Notes under the pieces: model-generated | Database searches by the model: none | The model's input: only the letters and a program-made list of their open reading frames with translations | Told to the model about the DNA's origin: nothing | In this document: piece after piece, positions 24,101 through 34,673 of the stretch | Layout of the letters: each line of letters opens with the position of its first letter | Position numbering within the stretch: position 1 is the stretch's first letter | Program-made: the position numbers and the translations under genes | NCBI GenBank assembly: GCA_963726745.1 | Contig: CAVSDR010000004.1 | Location: 288,001-352,000 of the forward strand | Direction of reading: 5' to 3' | Length of the DNA stretch: 64,000 nt | DNA from: an uncultured Verrucomicrobiae bacterium | GTDB lineage: Bacteria > Verrucomicrobiota > Verrucomicrobiia > Chthoniobacterales > UBA10450

Positions 24101-26074
24101 TTTGTAGAATCGGATCCGGAAATCATTCAACGGATTGGGCGGGCCGCCGCCATTGCGCGTCCACGTGAAGGCGGGCGGCGTCGCGCCCGCGTTGAAATTA
24201 TCCGCCGGCGCCGTCAACTCCGGCGCGATCATCGCCTGGCCGAAGAGCCCGCCCACGACGGTTTTTTGCTGCGTGCTCAAGGTGGCGGCGATCGCTTCCC
24301 AGGCTGCGCCGATCGTCTTCACGGCCGCGCTCTTGAAAGCGTTAAAGAGGAACTTGTCGCCAAAAGTCGACTGGTCGGCGCCGTCGCCGGCTGCGTCGAA
24401 CAAATCCCAAAGCGACGACATCGTGGAGACCTCGTCGTCCTCGCCGACGCCCGCGTTCGTCTCGAGGTCGATGTTGTTCGTCGAATCTTCCGTGTCGGTG
24501 TATCTTGTGTCGCCCACGTTCGGCACCATCAAGCCGGCTGCGCCCGAGACGTTCTGCCCCGAGGTCCCGAAAAATGTCGGCCAGCCTTCGCCCCAGGCGA
24601 GGCGAACGCCCACGTCTTTGCTCCCGCGGGTCTGCGCGAGGTGGGTATTGAAGGAGTGCCGGCCGCCGGGATTCGCCTGGAAGCCGTGGATGTTTTGGAA
24701 GTAATGCCCGTACTCGTGGTGGATCACATCCCAGTCGAAGCGATCGAGCTTCAGGATGTGGAGCTGCTTTACCCCGGAATCGAAGAGCGAGGTCGAGCGC
24801 GTCGTCGGGAAACGCACGTCCACCTGCGATGGCGCCGTGCCTGCGAGGCCGCCGGCGTAGCTCCCGATCATCACCAGCGCGTGGTGCACCCCGAAGACGG
24901 TCTCGTTATCGGCCGCGTTCCCCGCGGTCAGATTGATCGTTAGGCTGGAGCCGTCCGCGACTTCGTTTGTCGTCGGCGAAGTCATCGCGTAGGTCTCGGC
25001 CCCGGCCGCGTCGGGCTTGATGTCGCCGATCGGCGAACGCGCGAGCACGCGCACGAAGATGTCCGGATTGCCCTGCAGGGGGCCGTCGTCGTGGGTGAAG
25101 GTTGCTGTGTAATTGCCCGCCGCATTCGTCATCACCGTAGTGATCAACTCCGAGCCGACGACGTCTTCATCGCGGATCTCGACCGTCGCCATCGGCACGC
25201 CGTGAGTCTTCCCGCCCTTGTCGGTCCAGAGCACTTTGCCGCTCACCGTGATCGTGACCGGCGCCGCGGGCGAGGCGCTGGTTTTTGGCGGCGCCACCGC
25301 GCTCGCCGGCAAAGCCGAGGGGATCACGGCGATCGCCTGCTGCAGGCGTTCTTCGGCCACGGTCATCCGTTCGCGGCTCAAGGGCCGCGCGTCCGCCGGC
25401 ACCGCCGCGGTCACCACCGCCTCCATCGCTGCGCGCGCGCCCACGGCATCGAGTTCGCCAGTCGCGGCCAGCGTTTGCGCGCGCCAGAGAAGCAGGTCGG
25501 TGTAGCTCGAGTAGCTCCCCCACAGACGCCGGCCCTCGGCCAGCGCGTAAAGATCCACCCGCCGCAAGTGCAGCACGTTGCCTTTCACATCCAGCGCCTC
25601 GGCAATGATCTGCGCGCGGCCGTTGCCTGCACCGCGTATCGGCAAGGCGGCCTGCACCGTGCGCGTGGCCCCGGCGGTCCAGGGTCCGCCTAACGAGAGG
25701 ACGCGCTCGCCATTGGCCAGCACCCCTTCGCCGCTGGTCCGGATGCGCACCGAAGCGGCGTCGGCGTCCAACGCCACGGTCAAGGAGGCCGGCAATTCCC
25801 CCCTCTCCACCGCCCCGTCCCACGAGGCTTCCACCTGAAGCGAGAGCGGGCCCTTGGCCGAGCAATCGATCGATTCGTTAGGCAAATGCGGCCGTGCACT
25901 CGTTAGGCCTGGACCCGGCGGACGCGGCGGCGGCGGGGCGGCAGCAGCTGATGGCAGCGTGGCGAGAACGAGACCCAATGGGAGCAGTGCTACCAGGCAG
26001 CGCTGCGCGCGAGTTGACCGACGGGCGCGAAACAGGAAGAGACCCAACGCCCACGAAACCGGGGGGAGTTTCAT
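21155..26074 (-). CDS. Large secreted multidomain protein: zinc metallopeptidase, vWA, PPC-like, Ig/IPT-like repeats and C-terminal Verrucomicrobia-type tandem domains
   Basis: HHEYGH plus AWGEGW (gluzincin-like); IIFVIDDTGSMGEEI (vWA MIDAS); DYFQVHLEAG..LYDTDG..GDYFVAV; three 'G.N.....S.G.GI.V' repeats; NLSSR..GGFII.G and NISTRCFVGSGDEVLIAG domains. Confidence 0.8.
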   Translation of the reverse strand: MKLPPVSWALGLFLFRARRSTRAQRCLVALLPLGLVLATLPSAAAAPPPPRPPGPGLTSARPHLPNESIDCSAKGPLSLQVEASWDGAVERGELPASLTVALDADAASVRIRTSGEGVLANGERVLSLGGPWTAGATRTVQAALPIRGAGNGRAQIIAEALDVKGNVLHLRRVDLYALAEGRRLWGSYSSYTDLLLWRAQTLAATGELDAVGARAAMEAVVTAAVPADARPLSRERMTVAEERLQQAIAVIPSALPASAVAPPKTSASPAAPVTITVSGKVLWTDKGGKTHGVPMATVEIRDEDVVGSELITTVMTNAAGNYTATFTHDDGPLQGNPDIFVRVLARSPIGDIKPDAAGAETYAMTSPTTNEVADGSSLTINLTAGNAADNETVFGVHHALVMIGSYAGGLAGTAPSQVDVRFPTTRSTSLFDSGVKQLHILKLDRFDWDVIHHEYGHYFQNIHGFQANPGGRHSFNTHLAQTRGSKDVGVRLAWGEGWPTFFGTSGQNVSGAAGLMVPNVGDTRYTDTEDSTNNIDLETNAGVGEDDEVSTMSSLWDLFDAAGDGADQSTFGDKFLFNAFKSAAVKTIGAAWEAIAATLSTQQKTVVGGLFGQAMIAPELTAPADNFNAGATPPAFTWTRNGGGPPNPLNDFRIRFYKNDFSSIIFEKELGNVTTFTPSMAEWATIVGGDSVVKWVVEGKNTSAPVTPGGTLDHYWSRARSIGGISIIFVIDDTGSMGEEIAGVRSALQSFIDAVAARGGTPPTIQLITFKDNVTTRITSNNLDAVRSAVAALFASGGGDCPEAGAQALQVAAGNISPGGTILFATDASSQPGVDNGAVVAQLRAKRVTMNTVLSGDCVGIMAGATLNPPQAEDAAPATPQIQFVSGAGATRFGIYPSKPGDDDPGQDPIVDPGQPPPDEGGDTPATATTLLVNQEEVRGLVGLAPDAADYFQVHLEAGRPYAVTAFLEGGTTPLVTLYDTDGTTFITSGSPFSSRPAQLTFRPTVSGDYFVAVTRSTSSTPSAYRLKVAEDAFAFLTSAVQLFSTMSAETGGAFIVRDDVNTGARTEYEAALFNIMSSTLGPSVLQADSDNLPQGTMLAIELVGRGTNWRTGSTVSFAGTGIDVVSVTVSTATRLTVLVNVDASATLGFRDVTVQTPLGSATETAAGRDLVEIVPEITAPTLLSVEPNAVSQNTAQKVTVRGINTAWKDTSMLSLGDGITITSRTVLSPTLIEAMVEVDPSARIGFRAADVTTDGATEDKQRALFVNSSVAVVPQLIGALPNAGERGQVLDVDVTGSNTSFVNGTTTASFGDGITVLSVTVTDATHAKVRISIASGAAIGFRSILLTTGGEVATLIDGFFVAEATIVQGAPLLNLSSRLCVLTADKVGIGGFIITGGEPKKVIIRGLGQTLSGRGLSTVLADPLLKLYAGGTLVAMNDNWKDSQQLEIENSMLAPTHDSESAIVATLDPGAYTAVLSGAHNTTGIGLVEVFDLGTASSARLSNISTRCFVGSGDEVLIAGLIVGPGGSGVSKVILRARGPSLASSGLTGLLADPTMQVYNAAGDVIASNDDWKDVAQADIEGTGLAPTDDRESALIFNFMPGPSTAIVRGKNGGTGVGIVEVFALTSASTPPTAIVRP

Positions 26075-26188
26075 AGCCCCGCCATGTTGCAGCCGAGGCC
26101 CCTTCACCTGACAAGCTAATTTTTCGCGCCGCCGCCGCGCGGTCCATGCTTAGCGGGAGAAGCTAGAAATTTCCGCAAAGAACTCCGC

Positions 26189-26707
26189 CTAGGGCCGCGG
26201 AAAATACGCCAGCGAGACCGACGCCGCCTTTTGACCCGCCAGCCGGCTCAGTTCCCGCAGGAGCGGGTCCACCTTGCTCTCGTTAGTCAAAGGCGTCTCC
26301 CACTGCACCGCGGTGCGCGCAGCCGCCCCGCCCGCGACGATCTCCAGCCGCCGCTCGCCAAAATCGAAGACCTGTCCCTCGCGTTTTGCGGGCTGGAAAT
26401 GTTGCAGGTTATTTGCCCGCACGATCTCCCAAAGCTTCCGATATTCCGCTTCCGAAAGCATCGCCTGCGCTTCCTCCGCGACGGCGCCTTCGCTCCCCCG
26501 CCGGACCGCGAGGGTGCCGCTCTTGCCATCCCAACTCGCTTTCACCGTCTCCGTCGGTGCCCCGGGTTTGCCCGGCGTAATGCTGGCCACGATCTCCGCC
26601 GGCACCGGCAACGCCGCGTCGTCGCCAAATCCACAGGAAGGCAGCAACAAAAGCGCGGCGGCCAGCGCAGCGAGCCGACAATCAGCGCGACGTGTGGTGT
26701 GATGCAT
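26189..26707 (-). CDS. Hypothetical exported/lipoprotein-like protein
   Basis: Hydrophobic stretch ending LLLPSC; start codon uncertain. Confidence 0.55.
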   Translation of the reverse strand: MHHTTRRADCRLAALAAALLLLPSCGFGDDAALPVPAEIVASITPGKPGAPTETVKASWDGKSGTLAVRRGSEGAVAEEAQAMLSEAEYRKLWEIVRANNLQHFQPAKREGQVFDFGERRLEIVAGGAAARTAVQWETPLTNESKVDPLLRELSRLAGQKAASVSLAYFPRP

Positions 26708-26788
26708 CGGAGCCTCCCCGATCCTGCCTCTTCCCGCGCCCCGTGGTAAAGGACAGACTTCGGCGGCCTCGCGCACCGCCCTGTCGGC

Positions 26789-28087
26789 TCAGCGCGCTGT
26801 CTGTTTTTCCACTCGGCCCGCTTTCATGACAAAGGCGACGCGCTCGGTCACGGTGATGTCGCTCGTGGGATCGCCCGGGAGCGCGATGATGTCGGCTGTT
26901 TTTCCTTTCTCAAGCGTGCCGGTGGTGGCGGCGATGCCTAACAAGTCAGCGGCGACGGAGGTGGCCGCGCGGAGGGCATCGATCGGCGTCATCCCAAAGC
27001 TGGTCATGAGCGCGAATTCCTTCGCGTTTTCTCCATGCGGGAAGACGCCGGCATCCGTCCCGAAAGCAATCTTCACCCCCAGCTGGACCGCGTTGCGAAA
27101 CATCTCGCTGCGCGCGGCCGCGGCGGCTTTCGCCTTTTCCTGGATCGCGGGCGGATAGGCAGCAATCTTGCCCATGATGTATTCCGTCGCCTCGAGCGTG
27201 GCCACGAGGTAGGTCCCTTTCGCTTTCATTAGGGCGAGCGTGTCCTTCTTCAAAAACGAGCCGTGCTCGATCGAGTCCACGCCGGCGTTGATCGCTTCCT
27301 TGGCCGCGCTGTCGCCGTGGCAATGCACCGCCACCTTCTTCCGCAGCCGGTGCGTCTCGCTCACCAACATCGCGATTTCATCCGGCGCAAGCTGCGGCAC
27401 GTCGACCTCGTCCTTCATCGAGAGGACGCCGCCAGAGACCGCCGCCTTGATCACATCCGCGCCGTTCTTGATCTGGTAGCGCACGGCCTTGCGGATCGCC
27501 TCGGGGCCGTCGGCAATGCCATCGAGCTCATTCGGCTCGCGGCCGAAGAGCGCGTCGCGGAAGCCGTTGGTGTCGTCAAAGTGGCCGCCGGTGGCGCCGA
27601 TCCCCTTGGTCGCGGCGAGCATGCGCGGTCCGCGCACGAGGCCCTTCTCAATCGCGTCGCGCAGGGCCACGTCGAGGAACGCCTTGCTTCCGACATCGCG
27701 CACGGTGGTGAAGCCGGCCTCCAGCGTTTTCGCCGCGTTCGGGATCGCCTCAAACGCGGAGAGCGGCACGCTCGTCTCGAGCTCGTTCAGGCGGCGCTCG
27801 TTGTAGGGGCGCGAGAAGTCGGAAGTGAGATGCGTGTGCGCATCGATGAAGCCAGGCGAAAGCGTGGCGTCGCCGAGGTCGATCACTTGCGCGCCCGGCG
27901 GAATGGCGAGATTCGCGCCGGCGTCCACGATCTTGCCGTTCTCCACCAGGACAACCGCGTTCTGCACCAGCCCGGGCGATTTGCCGTCAAACATCCGCGC
28001 CGCTTTCAGCGCAATCACGTCGGCTGCGCGAGCCGTTGGAAGCTGGAGGAGCAAAGTGAGAGCGACGAGGCTGGTGGCGATTTTCAT
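26789..28087 (-). CDS. Exported amidohydrolase family protein (Xaa-Pro dipeptidase-like)
   Basis: PGFIDAHTH, GFTTVRDVG, GADVIK, HCHG, DSIEHG, FGTDAG. Confidence 0.9.
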   Translation of the reverse strand: MKIATSLVALTLLLQLPTARAADVIALKAARMFDGKSPGLVQNAVVLVENGKIVDAGANLAIPPGAQVIDLGDATLSPGFIDAHTHLTSDFSRPYNERRLNELETSVPLSAFEAIPNAAKTLEAGFTTVRDVGSKAFLDVALRDAIEKGLVRGPRMLAATKGIGATGGHFDDTNGFRDALFGREPNELDGIADGPEAIRKAVRYQIKNGADVIKAAVSGGVLSMKDEVDVPQLAPDEIAMLVSETHRLRKKVAVHCHGDSAAKEAINAGVDSIEHGSFLKKDTLALMKAKGTYLVATLEATEYIMGKIAAYPPAIQEKAKAAAAARSEMFRNAVQLGVKIAFGTDAGVFPHGENAKEFALMTSFGMTPIDALRAATSVAADLLGIAATTGTLEKGKTADIIALPGDPTSDITVTERVAFVMKAGRVEKQTAR

Positions 28088-28179
28088 GTGCGCAATACAA
28101 TCGGGCGCCAACGGGACGGCGCGTGGATTTTGTCGCTCGCCATTTCCGGCCGGAAGCAGTTCGATGCCTCCTTTCGTCC

Positions 28180-29835
28180 ATGAAAACCTTCCTCTGTTCT
28201 CTCCTCCTGGCGCTTTCCTTGGTCTCGTTAGGGCAGGCGACGCCGGACAAAGCGCTGGCTAAATTAGCCGACGACTTCTGGACCTGGCGCGTGGCGACCG
28301 CGCCCTTCAGCGGCGACGACGTTAACCGCATGGAGCGCCCCGGCGGCCCGCGCGATTGGTCGGCCGCGGCGATCGCGCAACGGAAGGCGAAGCTGGCGGA
28401 ATTTGACGCGCGCTGGAAGCAGCTCGAGCCCGCCAGCTGGCCCATCCCTGAGCAGGTCGACTATCGCCTGATCGGCTCGGCCCTCGCGCGGGTGCGCTGG
28501 GAACTGGAGATCAATCCGCGCTGGCAGCGCGACCCGCTGTTCTATCTCGACCAGACACTGACCGCGCTGGCCGAGGCGCTCACGGTCCCGGCGCCGTTCG
28601 ATGAAACCCGCAGCCGCGAGGTGCTTGCACGTCTGGAGAACATCCCCGCGATCCTGGCGGATGGGAGGGCGAACTTGCAGGATCCGCCCGCGCCTTTCGC
28701 CCGCTCCGCAATCGCCGCGCTCGAGGGCGTGACCGCGCGCCTGACCGAAGGAGTGCGCGCGCTGCAGCCTGCAACCACGCTCTCAGGCGATCGGCTAACG
28801 AGTGCTGCTGCCAAAGCGGCCGACGCGCTCGAGCAATACCGCGCCCACCTGCAGGAGCTGCTGCCGTCGTTGCCCGAAAGAACCGCAGTTGGCCGCGAGG
28901 CCTACCTGTTCTTCCTGCGCAACGTCGCGCTCTATCCATTCACCCCGGAGGAGATCCTGGCGATGGGCCGGCAGGAATGGAATCGCGCGGTCGCTTTCGA
29001 AACCTACGAGCGCGAGCGCAACCGCGCCGTCCCGCCGCTGAAAATAGCCGACAACCTGGAGAAGTGGATCAAGGAAACGGCCGCCCGCGAAGAGCAGATC
29101 CGCGCATTCCTCCCGGCGCACAACCTTCTCACGGTGCCGGAGTGGATGCAGCACTACACCCTGCGCCCGATGCCCGCCTATCTGCGCCTCCTGAACCAGA
29201 CGGAAGCGGACGACTTCACCGGGCCGACGCGGCTCTCGGAAAATTGCGTGCGCTACGTCGAGCCGCCCTCGGGGAAGATGGGCTACTTCATGCGCGCGAC
29301 CGCGCAGGATCCGCGGCCGTTGATCGTGCACGAGGGCATTCCCGGGCACTACTTCCAGCTCGCGCTCTCGTGGAAACACGAGGACCCGATTCGTCGCCAT
29401 TATTACGACTCCGGCGCGAACGAAGGGATCGGCTTCTACGCCGAGGAGATGATGCTGCAGGCGGGGCTCTTCGACGACAGCCCGCACACGCGCGAGATCA
29501 TCTACAACTTCGCCCGGCTGCGCGCGCTCCGGGTGGAAATAGACGTCAAGCTGGCGCTCGGCGAGTTCACGCTCGAGCAGGCGGCAAAGTATCTCGAGGA
29601 GAAGGTGCCGATGGATCCTGCGACCGCCCGCAGCGAGGCGATTGCCTTTGCCTCCGGTCCCGGCCAGGCGCTCACCTACCAGATCGGGAAGCTGCAGATC
29701 ATCGGCTTCCTGGCGGACGCGAAGCTAAAGGAAGGCGAGAAGTTCAACCTGCGCGCCTTCCACGATTTCGTGTGGAAGAATGGGAACGTCCCAATCCAGC
29801 TGCAGCGCTGGGAATACCTCGGCGAAAAGCCCTGA
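28180..29835 (+). CDS. DUF885 family protein (putative metallopeptidase)
   Basis: VHEGIPGHYFQ, NEGIGFYAE, PGQALTYQIG, FNLRAFHD; signal peptide. Confidence 0.85.
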   Translation: MKTFLCSLLLALSLVSLGQATPDKALAKLADDFWTWRVATAPFSGDDVNRMERPGGPRDWSAAAIAQRKAKLAEFDARWKQLEPASWPIPEQVDYRLIGSALARVRWELEINPRWQRDPLFYLDQTLTALAEALTVPAPFDETRSREVLARLENIPAILADGRANLQDPPAPFARSAIAALEGVTARLTEGVRALQPATTLSGDRLTSAAAKAADALEQYRAHLQELLPSLPERTAVGREAYLFFLRNVALYPFTPEEILAMGRQEWNRAVAFETYERERNRAVPPLKIADNLEKWIKETAAREEQIRAFLPAHNLLTVPEWMQHYTLRPMPAYLRLLNQTEADDFTGPTRLSENCVRYVEPPSGKMGYFMRATAQDPRPLIVHEGIPGHYFQLALSWKHEDPIRRHYYDSGANEGIGFYAEEMMLQAGLFDDSPHTREIIYNFARLRALRVEIDVKLALGEFTLEQAAKYLEEKVPMDPATARSEAIAFASGPGQALTYQIGKLQIIGFLADAKLKEGEKFNLRAFHDFVWKNGNVPIQLQRWEYLGEKP

Positions 29836-29853
29836 GCTTGCTGTCTAAAAACG

Positions 29854-29887
29854 AAAAAGCCGGTCAGGCTTGCGCGTGACCGGCTTT
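29854..29887. terminator. Bidirectional intrinsic terminator between the DUF885 gene and rplK
   Basis: AAAAAGCCGGTCA..TGACCGGCTTT stem with an A tract on the left and a T tract on the right. Confidence 0.75.
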
Positions 29888-29912
29888 CGAAAATTTTGGT
29901 GTGACCCGCAGT

Positions 29913-30338
29913 TTAGTCGACGACTTCGAGGCCCATCTGCCGGGCGGTGCCGGCGATGATCCGGAAGCCCGCTTCGTCGGAACGCGAGTTCAGGTCTTTG
30001 CCCTTGGTCTTGACGATCTCCATGATCTGCTTGCGCGTGACTTTGCCGACCTTGGTCTTGTTCGGCTCTTTCGAACCGGCGGCAATATTCGCAGCCTTCT
30101 TCAAGAGGATCGCGGCGGGCGGGCTCTTGGTGATGAAGGTGAAGCTCTTGTCCTTGAAGACGGTGATCACGACCGGGAGGATGTCGCCGGCCTGCTTCTG
30201 GGTAGCGGCGTTAAATTCCTTGCAGAACGCCATGATGTTGACGCCCCGAGGCCCGAGCGCGGTGCCGACGGGAGGCGCCGGGTTGGCTTGGCCTGCAGGG
30301 ATCTGCAGTTTGATGTGAGCTACGATTTCTTTGGCCAT
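29913..30338 (-). CDS. rplK: 50S ribosomal protein L11
   Basis: [37 protein letters not shown]. Confidence 0.98.
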   Translation of the reverse strand: MAKEIVAHIKLQIPAGQANPAPPVGTALGPRGVNIMAFCKEFNAATQKQAGDILPVVITVFKDKSFTFITKSPPAAILLKKAANIAAGSKEPNKTKVGKVTRKQIMEIVKTKGKDLNSRSDEAGFRIIAGTARQMGLEVVD

Positions 30339-30378
30339 TTTCTTAGAAGTTGCTGGTTAAAATTTGTCCCGCGGAGTT

Positions 30379-30948
30379 CTAGCCGCGTTCGACCTGCCAA
30401 TACTCCAGCTCCACCGGGGTGGCGCGGCCGAAGATGGTCACGGACACCCGCAGCTTGCCGCGGGTCGGGTCGATTTCCTCGACGATGCCGTTCTGATTCT
30501 GGAAGGGGCCATCGGCCACTTTGACCGTCTCGCCCACTTCGAAGCTGACCTTCGGCTTGACGTTCTCTTCCCGCTCCCGCATTTGCGCGAGCATGCTCTC
30601 GACTTCCGAGGTGCGCATCGGGATCGGCTTGTCCTTGGTCCCGGCGAAACCGATCACGCCCGGGGTGTCGCGGACGAAATACCAGGTGCGGCCGACGAGC
30701 TGGTTGTCCTCGTCGAGCAGGTGCATGTTCGCGATCAGGTAGCCGGGAAAAAACTTCCGCGTGGTCTCGCTCTTCTTGCCGCGCTTAATCTCGGAGACGC
30801 GCTCCGTGGGCACGAGGACCTCGAAGACGACGTCGCTCATCTCCTCGGTCTTGACGCGCTTGACCAGGTTGTCGCGCACCTTGTTCTCCTGTCCGGAGAG
30901 CACGTGGATGACGTACCACTGATCTTTGGGGGCAAGGACGTTGGCCAT
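30379..30948 (-). CDS. nusG: Transcription termination/antitermination factor NusG
   Basis: WYVIHVLSGQENKV, KFFPGY, KOW motif GETVKVADGPF, IFGRATPVEL. Confidence 0.97.
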   Translation of the reverse strand: MANVLAPKDQWYVIHVLSGQENKVRDNLVKRVKTEEMSDVVFEVLVPTERVSEIKRGKKSETTRKFFPGYLIANMHLLDEDNQLVGRTWYFVRDTPGVIGFAGTKDKPIPMRTSEVESMLAQMREREENVKPKVSFEVGETVKVADGPFQNQNGIVEEIDPTRGKLRVSVTIFGRATPVELEYWQVERG

Positions 30949-30951
30949 GGG

Positions 30952-31170
30952 TCAGCTCAGGCGGGTGAAAAAGTGAATGACGTTCACGAGCACGAAGTCG
31001 AACAAGGCCACGTAGCCGCCGAGCAGGAGCATCGCGATGATGACGACGAGGGTGGAATCAGTCAGCTCCTTGTAGCGCTTCATCCCTTTTTCCTTGGGAT
31101 CCCACGGCCAGGAAGCTTTCTGCAGCTCCACCTTCACTTCGTTGAAGAAGTTTTTCGATTTGGTGATCAT
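30952..31170 (-). CDS. secE: Preprotein translocase SecE
   Basis: FFNEVKVELQKASWP plus a C-terminal TM helix; lies between tRNA-Trp and nusG. Confidence 0.93.
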   Translation of the reverse strand: MITKSKNFFNEVKVELQKASWPWDPKEKGMKRYKELTDSTLVVIIAMLLLGGYVALFDFVLVNVIHFFTRLS

Positions 31171-31203
31171 CTGCTGTGTTTTGCGAAAAGTGGGGAGGAA
31201 GCA

Positions 31204-31276
31204 CACGCCAGGAGGGACTCGAACCCCCAACCGACGGTTTTGGAGACCGCTACTCTACCAATTGAGCTACTGGCGT
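31204..31276 (-). tRNA. tRNA-Trp (CCA)
   Basis: ACGCCAGTAGCTCAATTGGTAGAGTAGCGGTCTCCAAAACCGTCGGTTGGGGGTTCGAGTCCCTCCTGGCGTG. Confidence 0.95.
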
Positions 31277-31344
31277 AAAACTTTGGCTCCGAATGGTAAC
31301 GCGCTCCTGCCCGCTTGGCGAACAGGAGCGCGCACCAAATTAAA

Positions 31345-32529
<1,185 letters not shown>

Positions 32530-32604
32530 CTGGATTCTCCTTGTGTGTTAAACTTCCTACTAAACTGCGTCTGTTGTTTGTTACTGGCGGCCCTGGGCTC
32601 GACT

Positions 32605-32680
<76 letters not shown>

Positions 32681-32835
32681 CGCGTTTCAAATCTCGCTGT
32701 CTGCCGTCGTCCCGCCTAACGAGTCCACCGACAAACCGGTCGCTTCCCGCCAGAGAGGCAAAAGTCCCAAAGCCGCATCAAACTTCGCAGGTTGAACGAC
32801 CGTGGGACCTTTTCGTTCCAGCAAAAAGCGTCGGC

Positions 32836-32863
32836 AAGCTAGCAGCCGACCTCGGGGTGTCAA
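32836..32863 (-). promoter_or_regulatory. Sigma70-type promoter for the tRNA-Thr-tuf operon
   Basis: Minus strand TTGACA-N16-TAGCTT; same architecture as the rplA promoter. Confidence 0.6.
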
Positions 32864-32931
32864 AGAAATTTCTCCCCCGGGCGCAGGGGAATTTCCCCCA
32901 GCCGCGCAGGAACTTTGCCGCCCCGCTTTTG

Positions 32932-33774
32932 CTAGCGCGGCGAACTCGCAGGCCCGGCCGGTTTCGGCACCGGCGGCTGCTTTGCCGGAGTCGCACCGGG
33001 CACATTGTTGCCTGCCTTGGCGGCGTCGCCCGGCCGCTTGCCCTCCTCGAATTTGATCCGGTTTTGCGCGTCGACATCGCCGGGTTTGAGCTCGAGCACT
33101 TTCTTGTAATCCGCCAGCGCCTCCGCGTCTTTCCCAGCCTGGCTATAGGCGTAGCCGCGGCGGCGATACGCCTCCGGATCCTTCGGCGATTTCTTCACCA
33201 GCGCAGTGAAATCCGCGATGGCTTCGTCATACTTTTTCGCGCTTCGGTAGGCGAAACCGCGACGCTCCAGCGCCGGCGCATCCTCGGGCTTCTCCGCCAG
33301 CACCTTGGTGTAATCCTCGATCGCCTTCTCGAATTCATTCTTCGAGATGTAGGCGAAACCACGGAAGCGATAGCTGTCGATATCGCTCTCATCGATCTCG
33401 ACCGCCTTCGAGAGATCCTCAATCGCGCCGTCGTAGTTTTTCTCCGCCACACGCACCTTGCCGCGTTCGCTCAAGCCGTTGGCTGATTCCGGTTCCATCT
33501 CGATCAGCTTCGTGAAGTCATCGGCGGCTTCCTTGAGTTTCCCGGCCGCCTTGTAGGCGCGACCCCGGTTCAGGTAGTGCTTCGAATCTTTCGGGTCGGC
33601 TTTAAGCGCGAGCCCGAATTCCTCCGCCGCCTTCTCGTATTGCTTCGCCTTCGCGAGCTCGATTCCCTTCTTCGTGTGCTCCGCGGAATCACCCTGCGCC
33701 CATCCGCGCGGGGTGCTGCTGGCCAAGGCCATCGCGGCTAATCCAATAATCCATCCTGTCTTTCCCTGTTTCAT
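32932..33774 (-). CDS. Exported tetratricopeptide repeat protein
   Basis: Signal peptide and repeated 'RG.AY....Y..AI.D....L' TPR units. Confidence 0.85.
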   Translation of the reverse strand: MKQGKTGWIIGLAAMALASSTPRGWAQGDSAEHTKKGIELAKAKQYEKAAEEFGLALKADPKDSKHYLNRGRAYKAAGKLKEAADDFTKLIEMEPESANGLSERGKVRVAEKNYDGAIEDLSKAVEIDESDIDSYRFRGFAYISKNEFEKAIEDYTKVLAEKPEDAPALERRGFAYRSAKKYDEAIADFTALVKKSPKDPEAYRRRGYAYSQAGKDAEALADYKKVLELKPGDVDAQNRIKFEEGKRPGDAAKAGNNVPGATPAKQPPVPKPAGPASSPR

Positions 33775-33836
33775 AGTGTGTGCAGTAAAAATCGCGCCCT
33801 CGCCTGCGCCAGGACGCGACCAAGTTGCTGTTTAAA

Positions 33837-34673
33837 TTAGTAATCCTGCCGGCGGTTCATCGCGGCCTTGGCGATGAGGACGCCGATGATGACCAGGACA
33901 AAGAGTCCGCCGATGGAAATGAGAATATTCTCGCGCGTGAGCAGAGATTCTCGCGGCGTGGGCGCCGGGGGCGGAGTCGCCTGCGGAGCGGCGGGCTGCG
34001 CGGCCTGCGGCGGCGGGGCCGAAGCCGCGGCCATCTGCGCGCGGACGAACATCAGTCGGTCCTGCGCGGTGAAGTCGTCCGGCTTCAGCTTCGTTGCCAG
34101 TTCGAGATCAGGCAGCGCTTTGTCGAATTGCCGCAGGGCCACATAAGCGTCCGCCCGGCGGTTGAGCGCCAGCGTGCTGTTGGGATTCTGCGCCAGGGCG
34201 GCATTGTAATCCTCCAGCGCGGCGTTGTAATTTTTTTGCCGGTAATAGGCCAGGCCGCGCCGCTCGAGCGTGCGGGGATCGTTCGGCTTCAACTCCAGCG
34301 CCTTGGTAAAATCCTCCATCGCGAGGTCGAGTTTCCCGAGCTCGCTGCGGGCCGCGGCCCGGTTGGAATAGGCCGCGTAATCCTTCGGCAGCAGCTCGAC
34401 CGCCTTGGAAAAATCGGCTTCCGCCTCCGTAAATTTGCTCATCGCGAGGTAGATCCCGCCGCGCTGGTTGTAGAGCCGCACATCCTTCGGGCTCGCCTCG
34501 ATTGCGGCGGAAAATTCCGCGATCGCCGGCTCAAAGGCGCCTTGTTGCGCCAGCTCCGTGCCCTTCTTCGCATGTTCCGCAGCGCCGCCTTTTTTCTGCG
34601 CCTGCAACGGCAGCGCAAGAGCGCAGCTGAAGAGCGCCACCGCGCCGAACGTGATCAATCGATTGTGTGCCAT
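33837..34673 (-). CDS. Exported TPR protein with C-terminal membrane anchor
   Basis: Signal peptide, TPR units, Pro/Ala linker and C-terminal TM helix; paralogous to the neighbouring TPR gene. Confidence 0.85.
   Translation of the reverse strand: MAHNRLITFGAVALFSCALALPLQAQKKGGAAEHAKKGTELAQQGAFEPAIAEFSAAIEASPKDVRLYNQRGGIYLAMSKFTEAEADFSKAVELLPKDYAAYSNRAAARSELGKLDLAMEDFTKALELKPNDPRTLERRGLAYYRQKNYNAALEDYNAALAQNPNSTLALNRRADAYVALRQFDKALPDLELATKLKPDDFTAQDRLMFVRAQMAAASAPPPQAAQPAAPQATPPPAPTPRESLLTRENILISIGGLFVLVIIGVLIAKAAMNRRQDY

Noticed and set aside
31299..31333. Hairpin between tuf and tRNA-Trp as a novel element
   Set aside because: A short GC stem consistent with an ordinary processing or termination hairpin.
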